This document shows positions 1-9,639 of a stretch of 64,000 nucleotides of DNA, piece by piece. Source of the stretch: Gemmatales bacterium. GTDB taxonomy: Bacteria > Planctomycetota > Planctomycetia > Gemmatales > HRBIN36. Below the pieces are notes generated by a model. It was not told the DNA's origin. It did no database searches and saw only the letters and a program-made list of their open reading frames with translations. Position 1 is the stretch's first letter. Each line of letters opens with the position of its first letter. The stretch is from positions 1 to 64,000 of the forward strand of contig JBDHUG010000001.1 of NCBI GenBank assembly GCA_039809045.1, read 5' to 3'. A program made the translations under genes and the position numbers.

Positions 1-4
1 CGCC

Positions 5-46
5 AACAAAAAACTGACCGGCCTTCAGCGTCAGAAGGGCGGTCAG
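5..46 (-). terminator. Rho-independent terminator downstream of nuoD
   Basis: A 13-bp stem (14-26 CTGACCGGCCTTC pairs with 34-46 GAAGGGCGGTCAG, one mismatch) and a 7-nt loop are followed, on the minus strand, by a U-run (the A-run at 7-13 on the plus strand). It lies directly 3' of the nuoD stop at 180. Confidence 0.6.
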
Positions 47-179
47 TTGATGCTACGATGTCGATTTGGCGATGCACCGTAAATGCACCGCAATCCAGGA
101 AATCCACCCTATTTCGGGCACTTTGGGGAAATTCCGATATTCCACAAGTCCCTAAAAAAACGACATGTGGAAGATGTTG

Positions 180-1379
180 TCATCTGTCTATTTCGCCCAT
201 GACGATGTCGATCGAGCCTACGATGGCAGGCACGTCGGCAATTAAACAATTGCGGCACAATTCATGGCAAACACTTAAATTGGCCATGCAAGAAGAGCGG
301 GCACGCACCCGGAGAGGAACCTGCTCTTTGGTATTGCGTCCAACAACGTAAAAACCCATCTGACCGCGTGGGCATTCTGTTTCCAGGTAGGCTTCACCCG
401 GATGCAAATGCTTGGGCAATTCCACGCGATGCGAACCCGAAGCGGTTGCGTAACGTTCAATGGCTTGGCGAATGATTTTCATCGAGTTCACGACTTCAAT
501 CATGCGTACGTAATAGCGGTGCCAGCAATCACCAATCACCGCGTCGTGCGGAGCATGTTCGAAGGGAGGTATAGGTACTTCAAAGTCATAGGTTTCGTAG
601 CCGCAGTAGGGTTCGAGTTTGCGAAGGTCCCAGGCGTGATCATTATGTCTGCGGTCGAGCGAGCCACGCAACATCGGGCCGGTGCAACCATATGCCAAGG
701 CTAGTGCTTTAGACAACACGCCAATGTTGGCTGTACGTTTGATGAAAATATGGTTGTTGGTAAGCAGCGTGTGATATTCGCGAATCCGCGGCTCGAAATA
801 GTCGAGAAATTCTTGGAGCCGCCCAATCCATCCTACGGGGAGGTCGTCATGGACGCCGCCGATGGTGATGTAGCTATACGTCAGGCGTGCACCACACACT
901 TCCTCGAACAGATCCAAGATCATTTCCCGTTCGCGGAATGCATACAAGAATGGACTGAATGTACCCAAATCCAGACCATAGGTACCCATGGCGACAAGGT
1001 GGCTGGCGATGCGATTCAACTCAGCAATCAACACGCGAATGACTTGTGCTTTTTCGGGTATCTTCATGCCGCATAACTTTTCCACAGCCAACGAGTAGCC
1101 GAGGTTCATGTTCATCGCGGCTAGATAATCCATCCGGTCGGTGTAAGGAATGAACTGGATGGTTGTGACATTTTCCCCAATCTTTTCGGCACAACGATGC
1201 AGGTAGCCGACGTGGGGCGCCACTTCCGAAACGATTTCACCGTCGGTTTTCAATACAAGTCGCAAAACGCCATGAGTGCTGGGATGTTGCGGCCCCATGC
1301 TGACGAGCATTTCATCCGTACGCACGTCAAACTCAACAAGCCGTTGATCTTCTTTTTCGTGCAGGGAAGTGGCAGACAT
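180..1379 (-). CDS. nuoD: NADH-quinone oxidoreductase subunit D (49 kDa subunit)
   Basis: The 399-aa translation starts MSATSLHEKEDQRLVEFDVRTDEMLVSMGPQHPSTHGVLRL..., which has the typical NuoD/NuoCD N-terminus and the quinone-binding region. The length fits NuoD. Confidence 0.9.
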   Translation of the reverse strand: MSATSLHEKEDQRLVEFDVRTDEMLVSMGPQHPSTHGVLRLVLKTDGEIVSEVAPHVGYLHRCAEKIGENVTTIQFIPYTDRMDYLAAMNMNLGYSLAVEKLCGMKIPEKAQVIRVLIAELNRIASHLVAMGTYGLDLGTFSPFLYAFREREMILDLFEEVCGARLTYSYITIGGVHDDLPVGWIGRLQEFLDYFEPRIREYHTLLTNNHIFIKRTANIGVLSKALALAYGCTGPMLRGSLDRRHNDHAWDLRKLEPYCGYETYDFEVPIPPFEHAPHDAVIGDCWHRYYVRMIEVVNSMKIIRQAIERYATASGSHRVELPKHLHPGEAYLETECPRGQMGFYVVGRNTKEQVPLRVRARSSCMANLSVCHELCRNCLIADVPAIVGSIDIVMGEIDR

Positions 1380-1454
1380 ACATCAACCCTTGGCTGATTG
1401 GAAGTCGTGATTCGATAATTCGCGTGCATCCTGCAGGAAGCACTACAGATCACT

Positions 1455-2039
1455 TTAGCTTTTCTTCCAAGCTTGCCAAGCCCCGATGATGCCTTTATAG
1501 GCATAAGACCCAGGCAACCAGTTGTAGCATAATTTCGTCTCGACACTGGCTTGTTTCGTGCCTTTCCAATAAGGGTCGATGAAGGTAACTTTGGAACCGT
1601 CTTTGATGGTTCCTACCTCGTCCCAATCCAAATCGTTGTCGATTTCAACCTTGATGACGACGACGACATGAAAAAAACCATCCCAATTGCCAGCCACCCA
1701 AATGGGGCTGGGGCGGTTCAGGAAGCGTTTCAGGTCTTGCGTGGTCCACTGCTGCCCCACGCCGTTGGCTTCCAGGCCAAGGGCTGCGGCCGCTTTGCGA
1801 AAGTCCTTGCCTTTTAACCCGGTAGCACAGGCATCGTCCCAATCGATTCCAGCATTCATCAGTTTCTCTCGAATGGGAGCTGGATCGTAATCGCCTTTGT
1901 AATCCCCAATGGTGCCATAAGGTTGGCCTTTCCATTGGAGCATCATTTGGTAACAAGTGAACCAGCACGTCATGGCCGTTTCTTGAGGGATATCTTGCAT
2001 TTGTTTGCGGTCGATTTTGATCACTTCTTTTTCAGCCAT
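1455..2039 (-). CDS. Cytoplasmic papain-like cysteine peptidase, C39-like (Peptidase_C39_2-type) candidate, inserted in the nuo cluster
   Basis: Motif Q-x5-C (PQETAMTCWFTCYQMML) resembles the C39 oxyanion Gln plus catalytic Cys block (Q-x5-CGPACLAMVL). A downstream His sits in a hydrophobic strand (GFFHVVVVIKV), followed by acidic residues. There is no signal peptide. The start is taken at the internal M (MAEKEV...) at 2039, and the ORF extends to 2081. Confidence 0.5.
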   Translation of the reverse strand: MAEKEVIKIDRKQMQDIPQETAMTCWFTCYQMMLQWKGQPYGTIGDYKGDYDPAPIREKLMNAGIDWDDACATGLKGKDFRKAAAALGLEANGVGQQWTTQDLKRFLNRPSPIWVAGNWDGFFHVVVVIKVEIDNDLDWDEVGTIKDGSKVTFIDPYWKGTKQASVETKLCYNWLPGSYAYKGIIGAWQAWKKS

Positions 2040-2307
2040 GCGGTTGACTCCTGATATCGTAGTTAGGCATCGTGCATGCAACTCGACGAATTAATCGATG
2101 CAGCGCTCATTTGGTCGGCACCGTATTTACAAAGCACGAAACACCATAGTAAGTGCCGCTTAAGACTGAAAACGAAACGGTTTTATTCGGCGGGAACGTG
2201 CTATTGGCCTGTGCCCGCAATGGCCAGGTACATGGATACGCTCGGCCCAAGCTTATGGGAGCGAATGTATTGTGTGGATGCGAATTTAGGAATGGAATAC
2301 TGATTGA

Positions 2308-2838
2308 TTAGCGACCACGAATGCCGTGATATTCCAAGGGAAAGACGTAATCCTTGCGGAGCGGATAGCCTTCCCAATCTTCAGCTAAGAGAATGCGGCG
2401 CAAATCCGGATGGCCCGTGAATTCGACACCGATCATGTCAAACGTTTCGCGCTCATGCCAATCAGCGGCGGGCCAGAGTGCAACAATAGAAGGAACTTGC
2501 GGACATCGGCCCTCCTGGTTGTCAAGCCAACGCGGTAAACAAACCTTGACAACAAAACGGTGCTTCTTGACAAAGCTTGAGAAATGATAGACCACTTCCA
2601 GATGAGGCTCAAAACCTGCTTTGGCGATCTTGGCTTTTTCTGTCTCCAGATAATCCGTCCCCGTAATGCAATTGAGCATGTCAAACTGCATCCGCGGATC
2701 GTCGCGCAAAAACGTCAGAACCTCGATCAGGTTTTGTGGTTCCACTTCCACAAAGGGGTCGATGGCGTCTGGCTTTTTATCTTTGATCTTCGTGCCAAAC
2801 TTTTCATCGAGCAGGTTTATGATTTCAGGACCGGTCAT
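2308..2838 (-). CDS. nuoC: NADH-quinone oxidoreductase subunit C (30 kDa subunit)
   Basis: 176 aa, starting [63 protein letters not shown]... This is a typical NuoC and sits between nuoB and nuoD. Confidence 0.85.
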   Translation of the reverse strand: MTGPEIINLLDEKFGTKIKDKKPDAIDPFVEVEPQNLIEVLTFLRDDPRMQFDMLNCITGTDYLETEKAKIAKAGFEPHLEVVYHFSSFVKKHRFVVKVCLPRWLDNQEGRCPQVPSIVALWPAADWHERETFDMIGVEFTGHPDLRRILLAEDWEGYPLRKDYVFPLEYHGIRGR

Positions 2839-2869
2839 GGCAGCTTCACTTCATAGTTGGTGGAACGAA

Positions 2870-3538
2870 TTAGGCCTTGGCGGGAGCAGCGGCTTCCTTG
2901 TTTTTCTTCGCAAATTGATTGGCCAGTTCGGGCGTTGCCAATTCGGCAGGTAGTTTCACATGTCCTGTGCGCATAGGAATCAGGTTTTCGTAGGGCTGAC
3001 CCTTGGTCAGATATTTCATGGAGCGGACTTTATCCTGTATACGCATCAAACCTTCGAGCAGGGCTTCAGGACGTGGTGGGCAACCGGCAACATAAACATC
3101 CACCGGAACGACCAGGTCGACGCCTTTCACCACGTTGTAGCCGTATTTGTAATACGGGCCTCCCCCACATGTGCAAGCGCCCATGGCGATCACAAACTTC
3201 GGATCGGGCATTTGGTTGTAAAGACGACGCACGCGGCTGGCCATTTTGTAGTTGACGGTACCGGCAACGATCATGAGATCAGCCTGCCGCGGTGTGGCGC
3301 GAAAGGCTCCCGCACCGAAACGGTCGATGTCATAGCGGCTGGCGCCGGTAGCCATCATTTCAATGGCACAACAGGCCAAACCAAACGTCATGGGCCACAT
3401 GCTGCTTTCGCGAGCCCAATTGATCGCTTGTTCCAGCGTTGTGGTGATCACGCCTTCTTCAAAACGACCTTCTGCCCATCCCATAAAACGCTCTCCACTT
3501 GTACAGACTTTCGTTACGCCCACGGATTGCTTAGACAT
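2870..3538 (-). CDS. nuoB: NADH-quinone oxidoreductase subunit B (20 kDa, N2 Fe-S cluster) with a C-terminal extension of about 50 aa
   Basis: [10 protein letters not shown]...[11 protein letters not shown]...[13 protein letters not shown] are the conserved Cys ligands of cluster N2. The start is the internal M (MSKQSVGV) at 3538, which overlaps the nuoA stop by 8 bp. The unusual tail is ...[27 protein letters not shown]. Confidence 0.88.
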   Translation of the reverse strand: MSKQSVGVTKVCTSGERFMGWAEGRFEEGVITTTLEQAINWARESSMWPMTFGLACCAIEMMATGASRYDIDRFGAGAFRATPRQADLMIVAGTVNYKMASRVRRLYNQMPDPKFVIAMGACTCGGGPYYKYGYNVVKGVDLVVPVDVYVAGCPPRPEALLEGLMRIQDKVRSMKYLTKGQPYENLIPMRTGHVKLPAELATPELANQFAKKNKEAAAPAKA

Positions 3539-4121
3539 GGGCGTGTTCGTGATGCTCGGTAGATCCAACGCTTGACTTGTTGTTTGCGGCAGCAGTTTCT
3601 GGAGGCGGTTCCGGCAGCGGTTCATTTTCAGCAGCCATGCTGCGCACCCAGTTGAGGTCGCCTCGCTTCCAGAGGTAGGCAAAACCAACCATCAATACAG
3701 CGAAGAAAATCATAATGTCGATAAAGGAAAACCAAGCCATGGTGTTGGCTTGCTGAGGGAAGACGACGGTATTGGCTGGAGCGTTGGGAATAAGCGCCTG
3801 AACCAACGTCCCTTTTTGGTCATCGGGAAGCATGGCAACGGCAGGATTAGCCAATGCGTTCAGCTTGCCAAATACAACTGCCCAGGGGAAGAAAAAGACC
3901 ATTTCGACATCAAAAATGACAAAGAGCAAAGCAACCACATAAAAGCGTAAATCGAATTGAATCCACGATGAGCCAACGGTGGGCTCGCCACATTCGTAAA
4001 TGGCGGCCTTTTCCTCTTCGTGTTTCGCTGGGCGGACAAATTTACCGATGACCAGATGGATGAAGATGAAAAAAGCACCGACCAAGGTGAACAACAAAGT
4101 GTATCCGAGCAGCGTGGGCAT
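3531..4121 (-). CDS. nuoA: NADH-quinone oxidoreductase subunit A with an internal insertion and a His-rich C-terminal tail
   Basis: [47 protein letters not shown]... is a canonical NuoA N-terminus. At 196 aa it is long for NuoA: there is an extra segment of about 40 aa between the TM helices, and a C-terminal tail ending [10 protein letters not shown]. Confidence 0.85.
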   Translation of the reverse strand: MPTLLGYTLLFTLVGAFFIFIHLVIGKFVRPAKHEEEKAAIYECGEPTVGSSWIQFDLRFYVVALLFVIFDVEMVFFFPWAVVFGKLNALANPAVAMLPDDQKGTLVQALIPNAPANTVVFPQQANTMAWFSFIDIMIFFAVLMVGFAYLWKRGDLNWVRSMAAENEPLPEPPPETAAANNKSSVGSTEHHEHAHV

Positions 4122-4185
4122 AGCGTAATCTCATTCAGGTCAATTCGGTTTTGCGTACATATCAGCATTCGTGCCAAATCGTTTG

Positions 4186-4776
4186 TTACGTTTTCGCTTC
4201 AGGGGCTGGTGCGTCTGCAGGCTTGGGGGCAGCAGCCGGCTTGGGTGGCGGCGGTGGATCAGGTGGTTTTACCCAAACCGGTTCCGCTTGCAACTTGGAG
4301 GCAGCGATCGCAGTTGGGTTCAAAGTGGCTTGGCCCCAGGCAATGTCCAGCGGGAGACGAGCGAAATCGACTACCAGTCCATCCCGGCTGTAGCAACTAA
4401 TGTCGTAATTGGACCCCATGAAAATGCAATCCACCGGACATGGATCGACACACAAGGCACAAAAAATGCACTTTGAGTAATCAATCTTAAACCCTTGGAC
4501 GCGAAATCCTTTGCCTACTGGGTTCTTGATCTTATCGATGTAAATACAATCCACCGGACAAGCCCGTGCACATTTGTCGCAGCCAATGCAAGTCGTTAAG
4601 TCAAATCGGTGATAGCCGCGATAACGAGGTTTGACCGGAACGGGTAGTTCAGGAAATTCAAACCGTTGAGTGAACGTTTGCCGTTTATAAGTCTGAAAGA
4701 AATACCAAAGCGTGATATACATGCCTTGGGCTACGGTGGCGACAGCGCGATAAACATCACGAAACCAAGCGCGCAT
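4186..4776 (-). CDS. nuoI: NADH-quinone oxidoreductase subunit I (2x[4Fe-4S]) with a Pro/Ala-rich C-terminal tail
   Basis: Two ferredoxin motifs, [16 protein letters not shown] and [16 protein letters not shown], are preceded by a NuoI-type N-terminus (...[17 protein letters not shown]). The tail is [26 protein letters not shown]. Confidence 0.8.
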   Translation of the reverse strand: MRAWFRDVYRAVATVAQGMYITLWYFFQTYKRQTFTQRFEFPELPVPVKPRYRGYHRFDLTTCIGCDKCARACPVDCIYIDKIKNPVGKGFRVQGFKIDYSKCIFCALCVDPCPVDCIFMGSNYDISCYSRDGLVVDFARLPLDIAWGQATLNPTAIAASKLQAEPVWVKPPDPPPPPKPAAAPKPADAPAPEAKT

Positions 4777-4862
4777 AAGTCCTCACTCGCTGATAGGGCC
4801 ATGCTACAAGTCTCAGGTCATTGTATATCCCATCCATGGAACCGCAAGTCGTTGACCACTGG

Positions 4863-5087
4863 TTAAACAGAGGGCTGTGGTGTCGCTAAATTATTACCCT
4901 GAAAGCCGCTTTGTCGATGGGCTCCATCACAGAACGGTTTGTTCAAGGATGCTCCACACCGGCACAATGCATAGGCATCTTTGCCTGACGGCAACGGGAA
5001 CGGATTTCCTTGATGATCTAGTATGCAAATGGGTCCTTGAATGACCAAAGGTCCATTTTCCCGACAACGAATGGTTGGTGTGCTCAT
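4863..5087 (-). CDS. CDGSH-type iron-sulfur domain protein
   Basis: 74 aa with C-x-C-(x)n-CDGAH (RCRENGP...CRCGASLNKPFCDGAHRQ), a CDGSH/mitoNEET-type 2Fe-2S ligand pattern. It lies 87 bp upstream of nuoI on the same strand. Confidence 0.7.
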   Translation of the reverse strand: MSTPTIRCRENGPLVIQGPICILDHQGNPFPLPSGKDAYALCRCGASLNKPFCDGAHRQSGFQGNNLATPQPSV

Positions 5088-5233
5088 AATCGAAGACTCC
5101 CATGGTAAGTCAAACGCATGTGGTTTGAAACAAGTTCATCGAGCGACAATTGCCTTCATCGGCAGCTTTGCGCATCATATCTTATACCGAAGTCTAGCCT
5201 TTTGACCAACCCTCCAGTCATGAAAGTTTTACC

Positions 5234-6232
5234 ATGGCACGTCGATACATCCGCCAACTGAATGATGGTGACAGTTTAGACGATGTGTTTCTCGTAGGTG
5301 ATAAGCAGTTACGCATGAATCGTCAGGGCAATCCGTATCTGCAAGTTGAATTGCGCGACCGTTCTGGTCAAATTACAGGACGGCTGTGGAACGCAACAGA
5401 ACATTTATCACGTCAGTTTGCCTCGGGAGATTTCATTCAGGCACGTGGTAAAGTACAGCTGTTTCAGGGAGCATTGCAAGTCATTCTTTCGGCTGTATCG
5501 GTGGTTCCGAGCGAAAAGATGGACGTCTCCGACTTTTTGCCCCATACCGAGCAAGACATTGCCAAGCTCTTGGAAAAGTTGAAACAAGTATTGATGAAAA
5601 TCCAGCAGCCGAACTTGAAAGCGCTGGTTCAGGTCTTTTTGATGGATGAAGCATTTATGGCAGCTCTGGCAAAAGTGCCGGCAGGCGTTCGCAATCACCA
5701 TGCCTATGTAGGCGGCCTGCTTGAACACATAGTCAAACTGCTGGAGTTGGCTGAACGGGTGTTGCCCCTCTACCCCGGCTTGGATAAGGATTTGGTCGTT
5801 GCTGGGCTCTTTTTACATGATTTAGGGAAGGTACGCGAACTGACCTACGAGCGTTCCTTCAGCTATACCGATGAGGGCCAACTCATTGGCCATATGGTCA
5901 TCGGCGTGGAGATGCTAAACGACAAAATACGGGAAGCGGAGCAATTGTTGGGTGAACCATTTCCGACCGAACTTTGCTGGAGGTTGAAACACACGATTCT
6001 CTCACACCATGGAGCCTACGAATTCGGCAGTCCAAAATTGCCAATGACCCCTGAAGCCATGGCGGTTCATTGCCTCGACAATTTGGATGCAAAAATCCAC
6101 AGCCTCTTGCGCGATATTCGAGAAGACCGTGGATCCACCAATGCTTGGACACCCTTCAATCAATCCCTTAACCGCAAGCTTTATAAGGGCGGTGTATCCA
6201 CAACCGAAGAGGAACCCCAGGACGATTTATAA
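5234..6232 (+). CDS. OB-fold nucleic-acid-binding plus HD-domain phosphohydrolase (YhaM/Cbf1-like 3'-5' exonuclease family)
   Basis: The N-terminal OB-fold is typical (LQVELRDRSGQITGRLWNATEH). It is followed by an HD motif region (HHAYVGGLLEHIVKL...LFLHDLGKV...SHHGAYEF). Confidence 0.7.
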   Translation: MARRYIRQLNDGDSLDDVFLVGDKQLRMNRQGNPYLQVELRDRSGQITGRLWNATEHLSRQFASGDFIQARGKVQLFQGALQVILSAVSVVPSEKMDVSDFLPHTEQDIAKLLEKLKQVLMKIQQPNLKALVQVFLMDEAFMAALAKVPAGVRNHHAYVGGLLEHIVKLLELAERVLPLYPGLDKDLVVAGLFLHDLGKVRELTYERSFSYTDEGQLIGHMVIGVEMLNDKIREAEQLLGEPFPTELCWRLKHTILSHHGAYEFGSPKLPMTPEAMAVHCLDNLDAKIHSLLRDIREDRGSTNAWTPFNQSLNRKLYKGGVSTTEEEPQDDL

Positions 6233-6303
6233 TTTGAGTTGAGACGGAATATTGGATAGCTAGAGCCTCAAGTGAAGCGGAAGAGCAGGGGAGTCGTTGG
6301 CAC

Positions 6304-6618
6304 ATGAATGGTGGAAAAAATTGTCCGCGCTGCCACGAAGACATTGGCACATGGACAATCCCTTTGGGAAGTTACATCAATCAGCTAAGCTGTCCCCATT
6401 GCGAGTTGGGGATGTATTATGAAAACGGCCTGACGATCATACTCGTCAAATTTGTGCTCGTGCTGTTCGGGTTGGGTTTACTTTACTGGATCGATCACGT
6501 CATGGAGTGGCCCCTAAAGGGCATCGGGTTGGGTAGTTTCTTGCTGGGGTGGGTTTTCATGGAGTGGTTTGTTGCACAGATCTTGCGGGAAACAAGCAAC
6601 TTACGTGTGCGAAACTAA
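6304..6618 (+). CDS. Small membrane protein with an N-terminal zinc ribbon
   Basis: CPRCHED...CPHCELG forms a CxxC-x20-CxxC ribbon, followed by two hydrophobic helices. It lies in the gap between the HD protein and rnr. There is no homology basis, so this is an ORF-only call. Confidence 0.35.
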   Translation: MNGGKNCPRCHEDIGTWTIPLGSYINQLSCPHCELGMYYENGLTIILVKFVLVLFGLGLLYWIDHVMEWPLKGIGLGSFLLGWVFMEWFVAQILRETSNLRVRN

Positions 6619-6656
6619 GCTTGCCGGACCGTTCTGTTCGGCTTCGAGGATGTTTT

Positions 6657-8897
6657 ATGCCCGACCTGATGACGCAGTTGTTGCTCCTGGTGGGCAAACC
6701 ACAATACCAACCTTTGAAGGCGAAAGCCTTAGCTAGGCGACTCGGTGTGCCGCAAATCGATTATCCGAACTTTCGCCATTTGCTCAGGCATCTGATCAAG
6801 GAAGGCAGGCTGGAGCTGGGTAAAGGTCAAACCATACTCCCTGCCAAGCCACATGGCTCGATCACCGGGGTCTTTCGCAAGTTGGCATCTGGTGCAGGTT
6901 TTGTCCGCATTCATTCGCCAACCCGTGTGAATCGCAAGACAGGCGAAGTCTTCATATCCGCTAGTCACGTTGGAGACGCTTCCACAGGTGACGAAGTGCT
7001 CGTCCGCATAACCAAAAAGCCAAAGCAAAAGGATCGTTCACCACAAGGCGAAATCATTCGTATTCTGGAACGCCAAACTAAACAATTTGTCGGAACGTAT
7101 TTCGAGCGCTCTGAAGGTGGATTCGTGGCCGTTGATGGCACGACCTTCCATGAGCCGATTTGGGTAGGCGATGCTGGCGCCAAGGGAGCCAAGCCGGAAG
7201 ATAAAGTGGTCTTTGAAATGCTCCGCTTTCCTTCGCCGCAAGCACCTGGTGAGGGAGTGATCACTGAGATCCTGGGCCCTCGTGGTCAGCCTGGGGTTGA
7301 TACCCTATCCATCATTCGAGCATTCGATTTGCCTGATCGCTTCGCTCCTGATGTGCTAGAGGAAGCGCGTTATGTCGCAGCTGCGTTCAATGAAAATGAC
7401 ATCTCAGGCAGGGTCGATTTCCGCAACCAGCTCGTCATCACCATCGATCCCGAAGATGCGCATGACTTCGACGATGCCGTTAGCGTTTCATTTGACGAAA
7501 AGAAACAACATTGGCATTTAACCGTGCACGTTGCAGACGTGGCGCATTTTGTTGCTCCTGGCAGTTTACTTGATCGGGAAGCCAAGAATCGCGGCAACAG
7601 CGTCTATCTTCCTCAACGGGTGTTGCCGATGTTGCCTGAATTGATCTCCAATGGTGTCGCCAGCTTGCAAGAGGGCCGCGTGCGGTACACCATGAGCGCT
7701 CAAATGGAGTTCACAGCCAAAGGCGAACGCGTTCATGCTGAATTGTCTCCAGGGGTGATTCAGGTGAGCAAGCGCTTCAGTTATCCTGCAGCCTCTGCGT
7801 TATTAGAGGGTGGCCATCGCGCTCGTAGATCACCAGCCTTGCATAGCCATCGAAAGCCGGATGATGTTCATGCTCACGAAGGATCCTGTCCGCCGGTGTT
7901 CGAAGGCATGCTCAAGCAGATGAAAGAGCTAGCCCTGATCTTGCGTGAACGCCGCCGCAAACGTGGTGCGTTAGAGTTGAATATGCCCGAAGTCGAATTG
8001 GAGTATGATGCAGATGGCAAGCTGACAGGTGCTCATTTTGTCGAACGCGGCATTGCCAACCAAATCATTGAAGAGTTCATGCTCGCAAGCAATGAAGCCG
8101 TGGCCGAGTATTTGCAGCAACAGCAAGTTCCCTTTTTACGTCGGGTGCATGCAGCTCCCGATCCGCTGAAACTGGAGCAGTTCATTCAGTTCGTCAAAGG
8201 GTTGGGGTATAAAGTGAATGTGGATCACCCCACCGACCGCTTTCAGCTGCAGCGTTTGTTGGAGGAATCGGCCGATCAACCTCAAAGGCATGCCGTGCAT
8301 TACGCCTTGCTGCGCAGTTTGAAGCAAGCGGAATACACGCCCGAAGAAGATGGTCATTACGCCCTGGCGAGCAAACATTATGGCCATTTCACGTCGCCGA
8401 TCCGTCGGTATCCGGATTTGCTGATCCATCGGCTTGTGAAACGGGTGCAACGTCGCAAGCATGCAAGCAATGACGAGGGCGAACTGATCGCCTTGGGTGA
8501 ACATTGCAGCTTTACTGAACGGCGCGCAGATCGAGCCGAAATGGAGTTGATCAAGCACCGCTTACTGAGCTTTTTGAGCACACGCATTGGCATGGAACTG
8601 GAAATCCTGTTAACGGGTGTGGAAGAGTATGGTTTCTTCGGCCAGGCAGCGACGCTGCCAGTGGAAGGTTTAGTCCACGTTACAACTTTGGTTGACGATG
8701 ATTATTACTACGACGAACGCAGTTACAGCCTGGTCGGACGCAGAACCCAGCGACGCTTTCGGTTGGGTGATCGCGTGAAAGTCAAAGTGGCGCGAGTGGA
8801 TATTCAGCGGCGCCAACTCGATTTTAAGTTGGCTGATCTCACACACGTAGTGCAAGATGAAGACAGACCACGCGGACGACGCCATCGACGTAAATGA
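6657..8897 (+). CDS. rnr: Ribonuclease R (RNB-family 3'-5' exoribonuclease)
   Basis: It has an N-terminal HTH/OB region and an RNB catalytic core (ITIDPEDAHDFDDAVSV, YLPQRVLPMLPE). A C-terminal S1 region and a basic tail (DRPRGRRHRRK) follow. The start is taken at MPDLMTQ (6657), within the longer ORF that begins at 6549. Confidence 0.88.
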   Translation: MPDLMTQLLLLVGKPQYQPLKAKALARRLGVPQIDYPNFRHLLRHLIKEGRLELGKGQTILPAKPHGSITGVFRKLASGAGFVRIHSPTRVNRKTGEVFISASHVGDASTGDEVLVRITKKPKQKDRSPQGEIIRILERQTKQFVGTYFERSEGGFVAVDGTTFHEPIWVGDAGAKGAKPEDKVVFEMLRFPSPQAPGEGVITEILGPRGQPGVDTLSIIRAFDLPDRFAPDVLEEARYVAAAFNENDISGRVDFRNQLVITIDPEDAHDFDDAVSVSFDEKKQHWHLTVHVADVAHFVAPGSLLDREAKNRGNSVYLPQRVLPMLPELISNGVASLQEGRVRYTMSAQMEFTAKGERVHAELSPGVIQVSKRFSYPAASALLEGGHRARRSPALHSHRKPDDVHAHEGSCPPVFEGMLKQMKELALILRERRRKRGALELNMPEVELEYDADGKLTGAHFVERGIANQIIEEFMLASNEAVAEYLQQQQVPFLRRVHAAPDPLKLEQFIQFVKGLGYKVNVDHPTDRFQLQRLLEESADQPQRHAVHYALLRSLKQAEYTPEEDGHYALASKHYGHFTSPIRRYPDLLIHRLVKRVQRRKHASNDEGELIALGEHCSFTERRADRAEMELIKHRLLSFLSTRIGMELEILLTGVEEYGFFGQAATLPVEGLVHVTTLVDDDYYYDERSYSLVGRRTQRRFRLGDRVKVKVARVDIQRRQLDFKLADLTHVVQDEDRPRGRRHRRK

Positions 8898-8938
8898 GGC
8901 TTGGATCCATGCCTGTCAAGGGACACCTAGAAAGTTGA

Positions 8939-9616
8939 TTGGAGAAGTGCATGTCAGCTTTCATTTGGCAGCCAGTCAACGAACAACTTTACCGAGGCAC
9001 TCTCGATGGTCTTCGATTGGAATGCAATCCCCTAACGGGTTTGCTATTCCACGAAACCGAACTTGGCATCGAGTTTGGCCCAGCCCTGGGGCTGGAGATC
9101 GTAGATGCTCATGATCTGGGGAAAAAACCATTGGCTGAACCAGGGTTCGTTCCCGAAGTCATCTGCCGGCACGACACGTTGCTGATCAAATACAAACCCA
9201 CTCCCAACCGGCCCGTGGAGTGCCATGCACATTATCAAGTGCGCTCCAATCGCCAAATTGACTTGGAAATCTCGGCCCTGACACCCGGACTTTGGCAAGG
9301 GTTGTATTTGCAAACGCTGACCAAGTTACCGTTTGGTCAGATTGAAGTGGTGGATTCGCCATCCTTCCCGGTTTCGATGGGACGATTTGAAAACGCTCCG
9401 TGGACCTATGTCGAATTGCTTCATCCGAATGATGCGGCGGGGTTGGAGTTCGGGCATGGTGAATTGCGGCTACAACTGTTTGGTCATGACCTGGAAAAGG
9501 GTGTTATCCTTAGGGGGCGCATGCGTGCATTGCTGATCCCTAGGGAAAACGATGTCAAAACGGCCTTGGCCGCGTTTGATGCGTTTGTGCAAGAATCGCC
9601 CAATCTATCCGAGTAA
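8939..9616 (+). CDS. Hypothetical protein (no recognisable domain)
   Basis: A 225-aa ORF in a coding-dense region with plausible composition. There are no motifs I can assign. Confidence 0.4.
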   Translation: MEKCMSAFIWQPVNEQLYRGTLDGLRLECNPLTGLLFHETELGIEFGPALGLEIVDAHDLGKKPLAEPGFVPEVICRHDTLLIKYKPTPNRPVECHAHYQVRSNRQIDLEISALTPGLWQGLYLQTLTKLPFGQIEVVDSPSFPVSMGRFENAPWTYVELLHPNDAAGLEFGHGELRLQLFGHDLEKGVILRGRMRALLIPRENDVKTALAAFDAFVQESPNLSE

Positions 9617-9639
9617 GCGCAGGCAGCCAGCCATCGATG

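Noticed and set aside
58-1076. Plus-strand ORFs (58-351, 402-704, 750-1076) overlapping nuoD
   Set aside because: They are antisense to a well-supported nuoD reading frame, and their translations have no recognisable motifs.
2082-2307. Possible small hairpin (AAAACGAAACGGTTTT-like) in the spacer between nuoC and the peptidase gene
   Set aside because: The palindrome is imperfect and not followed by a U-run in the transcribed orientation, so I cannot support a terminator or riboswitch call.
4151-4476. Gly/Ala-rich plus-strand ORFs opposite the 3' end of nuoI
   Set aside because: They are the mirror image of the Pro/Ala-rich NuoI tail codons, a typical antisense artefact.
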